Assembly (NCBI GenBank): GCA_009392915.1
Contig: CP045477.1
Span: 448,001 to 512,000 of the forward strand
Direction: 5' to 3'
DNA: 64,000 nucleotides
Origin: Candidatus Forterrea multitransposorum CG_2015-17_Forterrea_25_41
Lineage (GTDB): Archaea; Iainarchaeota; Iainarchaeia; Iainarchaeales; CSSED10-239
Below, one piece after another: positions 39,101 to 46,450 of the stretch. Every line of letters begins with the position of its first letter. Position 1 is the first letter of the stretch. Below the pieces are notes generated by a model. The model saw nothing but the letters and a program-made list of their open reading frames with translations. It ran no database searches and was not told the origin of the DNA. The position numbers and the translations under genes were made by a program.

Positions 39101-39547
39101 TTTAGAAATATTAGAATTATCAACTTTATCTAAAGGAACTTCTTTTTTAGAAATATTAGAATTATCAACTTTATCTAAAGGAACTTCTTTTTTAGAAATA
39201 TCTAAATTATCAACTTTATCTAAAAGAATCTTTTTTTTTCTAAAAGGATTAAAATCTTTATATTTTTCTTCAATATCAGAAGTGTCAACTTTTAAGTTTA
39301 CTTTCTTAACATCATTATAATTTTTATTTAAAGAAAAATCATCTTTTTTAGTTTCTGGTAAAACTACATCAAATTTTTGTAATTTTTTAGAATTACTATT
39401 ATTTTTTAAAGAACTATCAATTTTATCTTCTTTTAAAGAACTATCAAATTTATTATTTTTTACAGAATCTGAAGCTTTAGATATAGATTTAGATAGAGGA
39501 ATTCTTTTAATAACCTTAAAACCAGAAAAATTATCCTCTCCACCCAT
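36197..39547 (-). CDS. giant FlaI/PilB-like pseudo-ATPase: roughly 650-aa disordered K/D/S/E-rich N-terminal region with 5x DKVDNSNISKKEVPL repeats, plus a C-terminal FlaI N-domain and a degenerate ATPase domain with no P-loop
   Basis: C-terminal half aligns with the active ATPase at 22273-24036 (LLLDKKIIEVSCSGEKSNLIVYHVEYGVLKTNISF vs ILKDPYLEEIVIIGEGKSLYVYHKYYGWLESNLSY), but Walker A GNTGSGKTT is replaced by HDVDDSFVI and Walker B RPDRVVIGEIRSREE by KPDIIAIDEFGEDI. Confidence 0.6.
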   Translation of the reverse strand: MGGEDNFSGFKVIKRIPLSKSISKASDSVKNNKFDSSLKEDKIDSSLKNNSNSKKLQKFDVVLPETKKDDFSLNKNYNDVKKVNLKVDTSDIEEKYKDFNPFRKKKILLDKVDNLDISKKEVPLDKVDNSNISKKEVPLDKVDNSNISKKEVPLDKVDNSNISKKEVPLDKVDNSNIFKKEVPLDKVDKKSTSNKLISSKINNELLLPDSSHELLLSDSSSEKKIKPSNSFLISEPKIDHIDNSIKKEINFDESNNNKKTMSLLKDILENVSKPKEYSESKESNDIFSEVKSKNENVDDLLDQLNKKASKLDQEVYLESFSFLDDKPKKSKIDFPKYDVKNLYSKIDHLSVNKNKDSQNKETLANSNDFPKNTGNLEIDSKNSSSHLNNSSLGEANGLFEEIEVPDIFAIEDDVKDLSNTVEDKFSVYDKDSKNDLKVLNEDSSLSSEIKTNESSEKTPNFVIDNNQVKLNSEIENNISKLKKSKTLEEKEKEKFDVNVLNEKIDKDEEDVKKVFSDVDLSKEDDERIYKGMREISSPKNKKDKSKISNKNKKYISPSIREEKVTSKENYSDEDNDDEKISKTIKKESLPKEQEIKIIKEVKLTPKVKNDLIAEKFKDLREKGMDYILPKDAGKNPVKINKEIYQEKLSSDNSLFSSLVYQDPIASFEENIKNIFDKYSIDDFTYVTIHYDNTKGLFYNLVQPELNSEQEKEYIQLKKVFFNTIDKNYYSFNGDKHSLDKYIQKIFDISVEKLSYSLGKLQQKLYLKFIQREFFGLGILTNLLLDKKIIEVSCSGEKSNLIVYHVEYGVLKTNISFKDIIELNNFVTILTKNMGIYITPEHPVIDGYLPNGYKVEGLYSLGDTSSKGSSFVIKKYLDEPLTPVALVNTSIGSVDVFSYIWSAISENYKVILHDVDDSFVIYNSILLFYPDQKIITVQAYDRFKLPQKEWINRIFTNNADLSKRLIIEQTISQKPDIIAIDEFGEDIFDVSWYNLNIFSIKPNVADKFIEQLKMVNQKSILIEIKRIKQGFKETYQIVNIKEIINKNESVVVDLEISENKYNINLLSSSINVVDFLKKKKLMRWMKDSKVYNYKDFNSIISQYNYEKDELFKRLDIK
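38991..39230 (-). repeat. five near-perfect 45-nt tandem repeats (unit TTATCTAAAGGAACTTCTTTTTTAGAAATATTAGAATTATCAAC), in-frame within the pseudo-ATPase gene
   Basis: Seen directly; encodes (DKVDNSNISKKEVPL)x5. Confidence 0.9.
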
Positions 39548-39630
39548 AAATATGCCTTCTTTAAAATATATTTTAATATATAGATATTAGTTCATTAGAT
39601 TTATAAATCTTTAGATATTTTTTAATAGCT

Positions 39631-40362
39631 TCAAATAACAAAAGAAATAATTTTTGGAATAATTTCAAAAACATATAAAAGAATTAGAAAGATATAACTT
39701 ACTAGGATTAATATAATAAATGGAATTAAAGGAGAAAACCACACCTTAGAAATATTATGATTTTTAGCAATAACTTTAATTTTTTTAATTTCATTTTCTG
39801 GTTCAATATTTGGCATAAAAACAATTTTTGAAATTAATTTATTATTTTCTACATACAATTTTTCTAAAGGAGTATAAAAATTATTTACTTTTTTTAAAGA
39901 TAAAGGAACCCCTAAAAACATTAGATATAATGATTTAAAAAAATTATATTTAGGAAAATTTCTTGAAAATAAATTATATAAAAATAAGAAAACAGGTATA
40001 AGTAAAGTTAAAACTAAAGCAAAAAAGAAAATAAACATTGGAAAATATATATCAAAAATATTTGTAAATGATATTGCAAAAATAGTATAAAGATCCCCTT
40101 CTCCTATATATGTAAAATAACTAATCTTTCCTAAAACATAAAAAATTAATAAAAATATAAAACTTACAGCAAGTTGTATTAAATAACCTTTCCATAAAAT
40201 AAAATCTGTTTTAAAAACAAAAATACCTAAATAAAGAATACTAAAGATGGCTAAGAAAAATAAAGACATTATATTTATTTCTCTATACTTAATATCTTGA
40301 TAAGTTACATACAATAAAATAATTATAGAAAAAATAATTATTGGTAAATAAATATAATCCAT
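39631..40362 (-). CDS. A24-family prepilin/preflagellin peptidase (FlaK/PibD-like)
   Basis: Polytopic; first catalytic Asp in YQDIKYREINI, second in IGEGDLYT (a GxGDxK-like motif). Confidence 0.55.
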   Translation of the reverse strand: MDYIYLPIIIFSIIILLYVTYQDIKYREINIMSLFFLAIFSILYLGIFVFKTDFILWKGYLIQLAVSFIFLLIFYVLGKISYFTYIGEGDLYTIFAISFTNIFDIYFPMFIFFFALVLTLLIPVFLFLYNLFSRNFPKYNFFKSLYLMFLGVPLSLKKVNNFYTPLEKLYVENNKLISKIVFMPNIEPENEIKKIKVIAKNHNISKVWFSPLIPFIILILVSYIFLILLYVFEIIPKIISFVI

Positions 40363-40369
40363 AAGTTAT

Positions 40370-41281
40370 CTATATTGATCTTTTTGTAAGATACATTAAA
40401 TCTTTATAAGCTTTAACTTTTGTTTTTCTTGCAGTTGATCTTTCAAAAAGATTATCAGTATAATTTCCAGGAGGTCCTACTGATTTAATTTTTTTATTTT
40501 TAATTTTATTTAAAAGAATCTTATTCTTTAAATTATCATCATCTTTATCAAAAAAAGAAGTATTTAGATCAATTGTTAAAATACCACTACCAATCTCAGA
40601 AACATTATAACTTCCAGAACCAGCTGTAATATAGTTTGACATTTTACCAAGCTTAATTGCTGCTTCAAATTTATAAACAACATCATAACTTTTTTGATCA
40701 ATTTTATGAGTTAAATATTCACTAAAACTTGAAAGTCCTAAAGTCTTAAAAAACCTATGAAGCTCTAAATAATCTAAAATATGTCTTAATTTTCTTAAGA
40801 AAAAAGAATCATGCATATAATAAGATAAATACCCAATTGTTCCAGTATATGCTTCAACACCAATTTTTTTTTCTTTAATAATTTTTTCTAATTTATCAAG
40901 TCCTAAAATATAAGTTGCAGAATTTGATATAAGTCCAAAAGGATGTGCAATTGTTATTAAATATCTTTTTTTATAACAAAAATCAATTAATCTTTTAAGA
41001 GAAACTTTATCTTCATAAAGTATAGAATAATTATAAATACTAGCATCTTCAGAAAAAACTAAAACTTCTCCAGAATCAGTTAATATTTTAATACCTGGAA
41101 TTAATAATTTATCTTTTGGTTTAAATTTTAAAAGTTCAAAATATGCTTTTCTAGGATCTAAATAATTATATTCAGTTATAGCTGTACCTAAAAGATTATT
41201 TTCAGAAACTACTTTCCAATATTTTTTTGCAGACTCTTTATTTTTAAAAAGATGAGTATGCATGTCAATATTATATAACAT
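40370..41281 (-). CDS. PHP-family or metal-dependent phosphoesterase-like protein
   Basis: N-terminal IDMHTHL metal-binding motif, additional His/Asp motifs (AHPFG); tight operon context with the peptidase. Confidence 0.4.
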   Translation of the reverse strand: MLYNIDMHTHLFKNKESAKKYWKVVSENNLLGTAITEYNYLDPRKAYFELLKFKPKDKLLIPGIKILTDSGEVLVFSEDASIYNYSILYEDKVSLKRLIDFCYKKRYLITIAHPFGLISNSATYILGLDKLEKIIKEKKIGVEAYTGTIGYLSYYMHDSFFLRKLRHILDYLELHRFFKTLGLSSFSEYLTHKIDQKSYDVVYKFEAAIKLGKMSNYITAGSGSYNVSEIGSGILTIDLNTSFFDKDDDNLKNKILLNKIKNKKIKSVGPPGNYTDNLFERSTARKTKVKAYKDLMYLTKRSI

Positions 41282-41435
41282 ATATTAATATATGAACCTA
41301 TTAATATATATTTATTTTGCTTATATAATATATTACTTATGATGATTATTTAAAAATTTATATAAAAAATTACTATTTAAAATAATTTTTAAAAAAAAAT
41401 ATTAATTTTAAAAAAAACAAGGATGTGAATAAAAA

Positions 41436-42740
41436 ATGAAATTAAAATGTTTAGGAGCCGGAAATGAAGTTGGTAGAAGTGGTTTTTTACTTTACGGTTC
41501 TGATAAAATTTTATTTGATTATGGATTAAAATTAAATCCAAAATATCTAAATGAAAAATCTGAAAAAGTAGATTTTGAAGGAAATGTTGAAGAACCTATA
41601 AAAATAACAGAATACTTAGATGCAGTAATTCTTAGTCACGCGCACTTAGATCATTCTGGAGACATACCTTCTCTTTATAAAAAATATAATCCAAATCTTT
41701 TTTTAACTCAAGCAACTTTAGATTTATCTTCTCTTTTATGGAAAGATACTTTAAAAATTGCAAAATATGAACAAAAAACACCACCTTTTGAAAAAGAAGA
41801 TATGTATGCTGCACAAGATAGTGCTTTCTTTTTAAAACTTAATAAACCTACAGAAATTACAAAGAATTCAAAATTAACTTTTTATGATGCAGGACACATT
41901 ACTGGAAGTGTAATTTCAGTAATTGAAATGGATGGCAAAAAAGTAATGTATACTGGAGATTTTAGAGCTGAAGAAAGTTCATTATTTGCAGGATATGATA
42001 GAAATATACCAGAAGTAGATTATTTAATAATTGAAAGTACATATGGTTCTGAAAATCATATACCTAGAAAAAAAATAGAAGAAGATTTAATTAAAGAGAT
42101 TCAAGATACTTTAAAGAAAAGAGGAATGGTAATGCTTGCATCTTTTGCAATTGAAAGAAGTCAAGAACTAATAAGCCTTATGCATAAATATAAAATTAAA
42201 GCTCCAATATATGTTGATGGAATGGGAGTTAAAGCAACAGACATATTCTTAAACTACCCTGAATTTTTTAAAGATTATAAAGATTTTAAAAAATCAACTA
42301 AAGAAGTAAATTTTATAAGAAATAGCAAAATTAGAAAAAGTTTACTTAGAGAAACAAAACCATCAATTATTATAACTACAGCTGGAATGCTAGAAGGAGG
42401 ACCAATACTTCTTTATCTTAAAGAATTTGGTGATGATCCTAAAAACAAATTAATAACTACTGGATATCAAGTAGATGGTACAAATGGAAGTAGACTAAAA
42501 GAAACAGGTAAACTTTTCATTGATGGTGACTTATATCAACCAAGATGTGAAATTAAACATGCAAGTTTTTCAGGTCATCCAGGAAGAGATGAACTTATTA
42601 AATTTGTTAAAAAAGTAAAACCTAAGAAAGTAGTTTGTGTACATGGGGATCCATCCTCAATTGTAGATTTTAGAAAAACACTTGAAAAAGATGGTTTTGA
42701 AACTATTGCTCCAATGACTGGAGAAATAATTGATTTATAG
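41436..42740 (+). CDS. beta-CASP metallo-beta-lactamase ribonuclease (archaeal aCPSF2-type, no KH domains)
   Basis: HAHLDHSG motif, beta-CASP motifs, C-terminal GHPGRDELIKFV and VHGDP. Confidence 0.8.
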   Translation: MKLKCLGAGNEVGRSGFLLYGSDKILFDYGLKLNPKYLNEKSEKVDFEGNVEEPIKITEYLDAVILSHAHLDHSGDIPSLYKKYNPNLFLTQATLDLSSLLWKDTLKIAKYEQKTPPFEKEDMYAAQDSAFFLKLNKPTEITKNSKLTFYDAGHITGSVISVIEMDGKKVMYTGDFRAEESSLFAGYDRNIPEVDYLIIESTYGSENHIPRKKIEEDLIKEIQDTLKKRGMVMLASFAIERSQELISLMHKYKIKAPIYVDGMGVKATDIFLNYPEFFKDYKDFKKSTKEVNFIRNSKIRKSLLRETKPSIIITTAGMLEGGPILLYLKEFGDDPKNKLITTGYQVDGTNGSRLKETGKLFIDGDLYQPRCEIKHASFSGHPGRDELIKFVKKVKPKKVVCVHGDPSSIVDFRKTLEKDGFETIAPMTGEIIDL

Positions 42741-43491
42741 AAAAGTGATATATAACATGAAGAGATTTTGTCCAAAATGTGGAAAAGAAATAACTGAAGA
42801 TGAAATGATTGATAATTTTTGTATTGATTGTTACATGTCAGAAAATGAACTTATAAAAATACCAGAAATAGACATTTCTCTTTGTGTTAAATGTTTTAAA
42901 ATAAAGATGGGTAAAAAATGGTATAATAATTTTGAAGATCTTGAAGAAGATATTTCAAAAAGTATTAAATCAAATATTTTAATACAACCAAAAAAATCTA
43001 CAAAAGTAAATATCGATCTTGAAAATAACATTCATTTTGCAGAAATTACAGTAAACACCATTATTGGAAATAAATTTAAAGAATTAAAATATAATGTAAA
43101 TATTAATGTTAAGAAAGATACTTGTCTTACATGTTCTAGAATTGCTGGAAATTATTATACAACAATTATACAAATTAGGTTTAATGATAAGAAATTACAA
43201 AAACTTATTTTAGATAAACTAATTAAAGAAATTTATGAAATAATTAATGCAATAAATGAAAAAACAAGTAGACCTTCTGCAAATATAAATATCATAAAAG
43301 AAGTTCCTCAAAAAAATGGAATTGACTTTTATACAGATAATTTAAAGTACAGTAGAAATATTGGTATTCATTTAATGAAACATAAAAGCGCAATTGAAAG
43401 AAAATATTCCAAAAGTCTTGTAGGAATTGATAAAGACGGTAAAGATCTTACAAGAACAACTATTTGTATACACTTTGGAAATAAAGAATAA
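42730..43491 (+). CDS. NMD3-family protein (archaeal homolog of the 60S export adaptor)
   Basis: CPKCGK...CIDCY and CVKCFK Zn-ribbon pairs, CLTCSRIAGNYYTTIIQIR matching the NMD3 C..C....YY..I.Q.R motif; overlaps the RNase gene by 11 nt. Confidence 0.55.
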   Translation: MIYRKVIYNMKRFCPKCGKEITEDEMIDNFCIDCYMSENELIKIPEIDISLCVKCFKIKMGKKWYNNFEDLEEDISKSIKSNILIQPKKSTKVNIDLENNIHFAEITVNTIIGNKFKELKYNVNINVKKDTCLTCSRIAGNYYTTIIQIRFNDKKLQKLILDKLIKEIYEIINAINEKTSRPSANINIIKEVPQKNGIDFYTDNLKYSRNIGIHLMKHKSAIERKYSKSLVGIDKDGKDLTRTTICIHFGNKE

Positions 43492-43492
43492 A

Positions 43493-44149
43493 TTATTTAA
43501 GTTTCCTTAACTGGGAAACTTTTCCTTTCATGGAAATTACTAATAATTTATCTTTTTTTTCAAGAACCATTTTATCTTCAGTAAATAAAAATTTTCCTTG
43601 TCTGTAAAGACCAATTGTTCTTGTATCTCCTGGAATTTTATCATTAAAAAATTTAACAGTCTGTCCAATATATCTTGAATTATCATCTAAAGCAATTTCT
43701 ACAATTTCAGCATCTCCTTTAGAAAAGAAAGATAAATCTAAAACATCAGGCTGAGTTACAAGTTGTGCAATGTATCCAGCAGCAGCAGCTTCTGGATGAA
43801 TTACAATATCAATACCTAGTTTTTTAATAATTGGACCATGATAATGAACTTTACTTAAAGAAACAGCAACTGTTTTAACTCCTAATTCTTTTGACATAAG
43901 ACCTATAATTAAATTTGTTTCATCAGTCTCTGTTAAAGAAATTAAAACAGCAGCTCTATCAATTCCTGCTTTTTCTAAAACAGAAGGTTCTGTACCGTCT
44001 CCAGTTATAGAAATAATATCTAAATCATTTGCAACTTTTTGACTTCTTAAAGTATCTTTTTCAACAACAACCACATCATGATTTTCAGAGATTAATAATT
44101 CTGTTACATAATAACCTAGATTACCACAACCAACAATTATAATATACAT
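43493..44149 (-). CDS. trkA: TrkA/KtrA K+ transport NAD-binding regulatory subunit (RCK N plus C)
   Basis: MYIIIVGCGNLGYYVTELL Rossmann motif; 218 aa. Confidence 0.8.
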   Translation of the reverse strand: MYIIIVGCGNLGYYVTELLISENHDVVVVEKDTLRSQKVANDLDIISITGDGTEPSVLEKAGIDRAAVLISLTETDETNLIIGLMSKELGVKTVAVSLSKVHYHGPIIKKLGIDIVIHPEAAAAGYIAQLVTQPDVLDLSFFSKGDAEIVEIALDDNSRYIGQTVKFFNDKIPGDTRTIGLYRQGKFLFTEDKMVLEKKDKLLVISMKGKVSQLRKLK

Positions 44150-44215
44150 ATTTATTTCTTCTTTTTAATTTTTTAATATTAAATATAATAGATGTTTAGA
44201 TTTATAAATGTATTT

Positions 44216-45679
44216 TTAAATTAAATATTTTCTTGAAAAAATAATCCCTATTATTGATAATAAAGGAATAATTTCAAGTCTTCCAACCCACATATTAATA
44301 ATAAGCATAACTTTTAGAGCAGAAGGCATATAACTATTTGTAAGTCCAGTTGTTATACCAACATTGCTTTGTGCAGAAATAACTTCAAAAACACTTTCTT
44401 GAAGAGAATATCCATAAAAAGTAAACATTAAAACACCAATTAAAATAAAAATTATAAAAATAAATATTAAAAAATATACAGATCTTAATCTTGCATTATC
44501 TATAAGTTCCCCATTATATTTTTTTGAAAAATATGCAATATTTGGAAGATTAATTTGTCTTATTTTCCAAAAAATAGATTTTAAAGATAAAATTAATCTA
44601 TCAACTTTAATTCCACCAGTTGTTGAGTTTGTAGAAGCTCCTGTAAACATTAATATTAAAAAAATCACTAAAATAAAAGGTGAGAAAGATAAAATTTGTT
44701 CACTTGCAAAAGTTGAGAAACCCCCACAAGACATCATACCTACAACAGTTAAAAGTATTGTTACAAAATCAATTGAGCCATTTAATTTAAAAAAAATTAA
44801 TAAAGCAGCAATAAGCATAATTAAAAGCATATAAATAAATTGTTTATCATTTAAATAAACCTTAAAACTTTTCTTTAAATAAAATTTATAGTGTAAAATA
44901 AAAGAACTTGCACCTAAAATCATAATTATAATCAAAGTAATATATATTGGAACATTTCCAATTGATAAAAGACTTTGAGAATTAGATTGAGAACCTGTAG
45001 TTGAAACTGCAGACATTGAATAATTAAAAGAATCAAATAAAGACATTCCAAAAATATTTAAAAAAATAACTCCTAATAAAGTTACTACTAAATAAATTAC
45101 CCACATATTTATTATGGTATTTTTAAAACTTGGAGAAATTCTATCATGCCCTTCTGCAGAAATTAATTTTGAAGATCCTCTAGTACCTTTTACAATTCCA
45201 AAAAAAGCTAAAACTACAATTCCAAGTCCACCTATCCATGAAATAAAAGATCTCCAAAGAGAAAGACTTTTAAGAGAAGGAACTAAGTTATCATACATTG
45301 TAAGTCCAGTTGTTGTTAAAGAAGACATGGATTCAAAATAAGAATCAAGTAAAGATAATTCAGAAGATAAGAAATAAAATGGTAAAGATGCAAAAAAAGC
45401 ATAGATTATCCATACAAAAACAACAACTATTAAAGATTGTGTTAAAGTAATACTAAATAGATTATCATTTCCTAAGAAAACTTTTTTTTTAGTAGACTTT
45501 AATAAAAGATAACCTGTTAATAAAGCAAAAAAGAATATTAGTAAATATACAAAAGAAACTCTTAAACTTTCTTTTAAAAATAAAGAAAGAATAAATGGAA
45601 ACAGAAATGTAAAACTACTATAGAATAAAATTTGACCAGTAGAATTTAAAACATTCTTATAATTCCAATAATAACTCAT
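44216..45679 (-). CDS. trkH: TrkH/KtrB K+ transporter membrane subunit
   Basis: Four pore-loop repeats with T/SxGxT-like filters (LTTTGLT, VSTTGSQ, ASTNSTTGGIK, SNVGITTGL). Confidence 0.8.
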   Translation of the reverse strand: MSYYWNYKNVLNSTGQILFYSSFTFLFPFILSLFLKESLRVSFVYLLIFFFALLTGYLLLKSTKKKVFLGNDNLFSITLTQSLIVVVFVWIIYAFFASLPFYFLSSELSLLDSYFESMSSLTTTGLTMYDNLVPSLKSLSLWRSFISWIGGLGIVVLAFFGIVKGTRGSSKLISAEGHDRISPSFKNTIINMWVIYLVVTLLGVIFLNIFGMSLFDSFNYSMSAVSTTGSQSNSQSLLSIGNVPIYITLIIIMILGASSFILHYKFYLKKSFKVYLNDKQFIYMLLIMLIAALLIFFKLNGSIDFVTILLTVVGMMSCGGFSTFASEQILSFSPFILVIFLILMFTGASTNSTTGGIKVDRLILSLKSIFWKIRQINLPNIAYFSKKYNGELIDNARLRSVYFLIFIFIIFILIGVLMFTFYGYSLQESVFEVISAQSNVGITTGLTNSYMPSALKVMLIINMWVGRLEIIPLLSIIGIIFSRKYLI

Positions 45680-45880
45680 AATTTTTCTTTTTAATAATAT
45701 ATTTTATAATATATAGCAGATAGTAAAGATTTTTAAAGATATATTTTATATATACTAAAAAAAAGAAGAAGAAAAAAGGAGAAAATAAAGAGATGTTTTA
45801 TTTTTATAAAAAAATTAAATAAAACATCTAAGATATAACTTTATTTAAAATAACTAAGATTTCAAAAAAATAACTAAAAA

Positions 45881-45952
45881 CTATTTCTTTTTAGTTTTTT
45901 TTGCAGTCTCTTTAGCAGCTGGTTTTGCTTTAGCTTTAGCTTTTTGAGCCAT
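45881..45952 (-). CDS. 23-aa Lys/Ala-rich micro-ORF (MAQKAKAKAKPAAKETAKKTKKK) preceded by a strong SD AGGGGTGA
   Basis: Manual translation; SD 8 nt upstream; not in the ORF track. Confidence 0.25.
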   Translation of the reverse strand: MAQKAKAKAKPAAKETAKKTKKK

Positions 45953-46002
45953 TTTTTAGTTCACCCCTTTTTTTAAAGAATCAATTAAAACGTAATTCCA
46001 TT

Positions 46003-46197
46003 TTAATAGTCATCATCATCGTCGAAATCATCATCGTCTTCTTCTTCATAACTTGGTTTCTTTGGTGAAGGTTGTTTTTTAAAATCATTAAGATCTTCTT
46101 CAAAATCTTCATCAAATTCTTCCTCGTCAAAATCCTCATCATCGTAACTTTTTCCCATTGTAATAAATGATTTATTCATAATGACCATTTCCTCCAA
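46003..46197 (-). CDS. small hyper-acidic protein (D/E/F-rich; C-terminus DDDDFDDDDDY); the true start is probably the ATG at 46188 or 46179 after SD GGAGG
   Basis: The track start is a TTG; the downstream ATGs have a GGAGG SD. Confidence 0.4.
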   Translation of the reverse strand: MEEMVIMNKSFITMGKSYDDEDFDEEEFDEDFEEDLNDFKKQPSPKKPSYEEEDDDDFDDDDDY

Positions 46198-46450
46198 ATA
46201 ACTATCAATAAAAAATATGATTTATTGATATATATTTAAAAGAACAGACTTAGTTTTTAAACTTAATGCTAGTTGAAAAAGTAGAGTAAAGATTTAAATA
46301 CTTAACCATAGTATATTTAATCAAATATAATAAAATATTAAAAACCCTTATTTTAGAAATAGTTTAAAAAGAGAATACAAGAAATAAAGAAAAAAAGAAC
46401 TCTAAATACTTATTATTAAAGCATTTAAAGTTAATTGTTAAAGACAGATT

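Noticed and set aside
38991-39230. Tandem 45-nt repeats considered as a possible CRISPR array
   Set aside because: The units abut directly with no spacers, lie in-frame within a CDS and encode a peptide repeat; no cas genes; not CRISPR.
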